From an uncultured Gammaproteobacteria bacterium (GTDB lineage Bacteria; Patescibacteriota; Microgenomatia; UBA10105; UBA927): 55,395 bases of DNA. Positions 53,760 through 55,395 of this stretch are shown one piece after another (positions within the stretch are counted from its first letter, which is position 1; the number at the start of each line of letters is the position of its first letter). The notes beneath the pieces were generated by a model. It saw only the letters and a list, made by a program, of their open reading frames with translations. It was not told where the DNA came from and ran no database searches. Both the position numbers and the translations under genes were made by a program. Where the stretch lies: contig CAYIBX010000005.1 in the NCBI GenBank assembly GCA_964361785.1, positions 1-55,395 on the forward strand, read 5' to 3'.

Positions 53760-55253
53760 GTAAGAATTGGAAAGAGGTCGGGAGGTAGCGCTTTCCGCGC
53801 CCGCCTCCGCGGAAAGCGCGTCAAATCCGCCTTTTTTGAAACTTGCGGACAGCCGCCGATCCTTTAAAAAGAAGTTCGAGCCGACAGTTTTTGCCATGAT
53901 CGATAAATCATGGCAACTATTTTTTGCGCGCGCGAGTTTGTGCGCTGTAAGCGCACTATTTACGAATTCGGCAAAAGGTTCGAGCCATTCAACGCCGTTT
54001 TGAGAAATTTCCTTAATTTTGGAGTTAAGAAGCGATTTTGTTTCGACTAATTCATTTTTCTTTTTTTGATAATCCTCGGGAGAAATAATTTTATCTAAAT
54101 AACCCTCAAGCAAACGGTCTGTCTTTTCTTCTGTTTCTTTGAGTTGGAGTTGATAAGTTGAAACAATTCCCGATGATTTTTCTTTTTCTAGGCCTGCATC
54201 TTTACCTGCCCACTCAAGAAACTTTTTTGCGGCGGGCGGCGGCAAAGATGCTCGCAAAACAATATCCTTTAATTGTTTCTCAATCTCTTCTTTATCAATA
54301 TATTTTTGCGGGCAAGCACCCATTTTCTTAGAGCAACGGTAGTAGATATACTCGACTTTTCTATTTGTTCGTTTGTAATACTTGGTGTGCTTTTCTGCGG
54401 TGATTGCGCCGCAACACTCGCCACACTTAGCTAAACCCAGAAAATCAAACAAGTGTTTGTTATTCTTCACTTTGCGGCTTTTCAGCTTGACTACTTCCTG
54501 GCATTTATCAAAAAGTTTCTTGCTTATTAGGGGCGGATGTTGTCCCTCGTAAAGTTCGCCGCAAAATTTCATCACTCCGTAGTAAAACGGATCAGTCAAC
54601 ATTCTTTTGACTTTATCAAGGTGAAGTTCATGACCGGACTTGTTGAAAATTTTGTTTTGGTTGAAAAATTTGCGGATATCCGCATAGCCGTAGCCGCCGG
54701 TAGCAAAAAGCTGAAAAGCTTTTTGCACATACTTGGTTCGCTTCTTATCAACCTCTATTTTCTTGTTGATGTTTAAGTAGCCAAATGGCGCTTGATTCGG
54801 CCACTCGCCGCGGCGGAGTTTTTGGCGATTGCCCCGCTTTACATTTTCGGAAAGATTATCAACATAATATTTTGACTGACCAAAAGCGATATTAAGCATA
54901 AATTTCCCTTGAGGCGTATTTTCAAACCAAAAGGATGGAAATTTCAAGTCAAGTAATTTTCCAGTGTCCAATAAGTAGATAATCTTTCCGCCATCAACAG
55001 AATTTCTGGCCAAACGGTCGGGATGCCACGATAAAATTCCATCAGCTTTTCCGTCCTCAATTTCTTTTAGTACTTCTGCAAATTTTTCCCGACCGGGTTC
55101 TTTAGCGGTTTTGCTCTCGGTAATAAAAGAAACAATTTTCAAATTTTCTTTTGCGGCGAATTCTTCTAATTCTGCAACTTGAGCTTCAATAGACAAAATT
55201 TGTCTGTCAGGTTCATCGGTTGATTTTCTGTAATACGCAATATATTTGATCAT
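53745..55253 (-). mobile_element. Large serine recombinase of an element integrated at tRNA-Gln
   Basis: YYRKST catalytic Ser, DRLARN, recombinase domain, CGEC...YYRC zinc ribbon, coiled coil; stop codon lies inside the tRNA-Gln 3' end. Confidence 0.92.
53809..53858. repeat. Left arm of a perfect 50-bp inverted repeat
   Basis: GCGGAAAGCGCGTCAAATCCGCCTTTTTTGAAACTTGCGGACAGCCGCCG is the reverse complement of 55346-55395. Confidence 0.9.
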
Positions 55254-55345
55254 GTTTATATTTAATCTCTAAAAGTTCTTTAACGAACGATAGTGAGTGC
55301 CTTTCTTTCAAGAAAGGCTAATTTTTGCGTTTTTTCTTCTTTTTC

Positions 55346-55395
55346 CGGCGGCTGTCCGCAAGTTTCAAAAAAGGCGGATTTGACGCGCTTTCCGC
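55346..55395. repeat. Right arm of the inverted repeat (runs to the window end)
   Basis: Exact reverse complement of 53809-53858. Confidence 0.9.

Noticed and set aside
1-55395. Alternative genetic code (TGA recoding)
   Set aside because: Conserved genes are full length in code 11 and several end properly at TGA

Overview
This window looks like chromosomal DNA from a CPR/Patescibacteria (Microgenomates-like) bacterium, inferred from gene content and streamlined housekeeping proteins. It carries a type IV pilus block (Cys-rich adhesin-like gene, pilX/M/N/O-like), a translation cluster (trmD, rpsP, rnc, nusB, rpmF, recG, tyrS, pheST, rplT, rpmI, infC, thrS), a class A PBP, a sortase-linked glycan operon with a 1819-aa five-domain fusion, 13 intact tRNA genes, and a large serine recombinase overlapping tRNA-Gln. 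The two most notable signals are these. (1) At three tRNA loci (Val, Gly, Pro), a duplicated tRNA 5' fragment interrupted in the D-arm by short palindromes lies just upstream of the intact gene. At Val, two such fragments bracket a small GIY-YIG nuclease. The Gly-type palindrome also occurs in-frame in thrS, and another palindrome occurs in-frame in pheS, suggesting a tRNA-targeting palindrome-mobilising system. (2) A Tyr T-box drives tRNA-Tyr itself plus an abutting TyrRS-fold orphan enzyme. Also seen: a pheM-like Phe leader-peptide attenuator, an atypical compact Thr T-box, a possible collapsed Fic toxin-antitoxin pair, and a perfect 50-bp inverted repeat around the recombinase. No database searches were run; family calls come from motif recognition.
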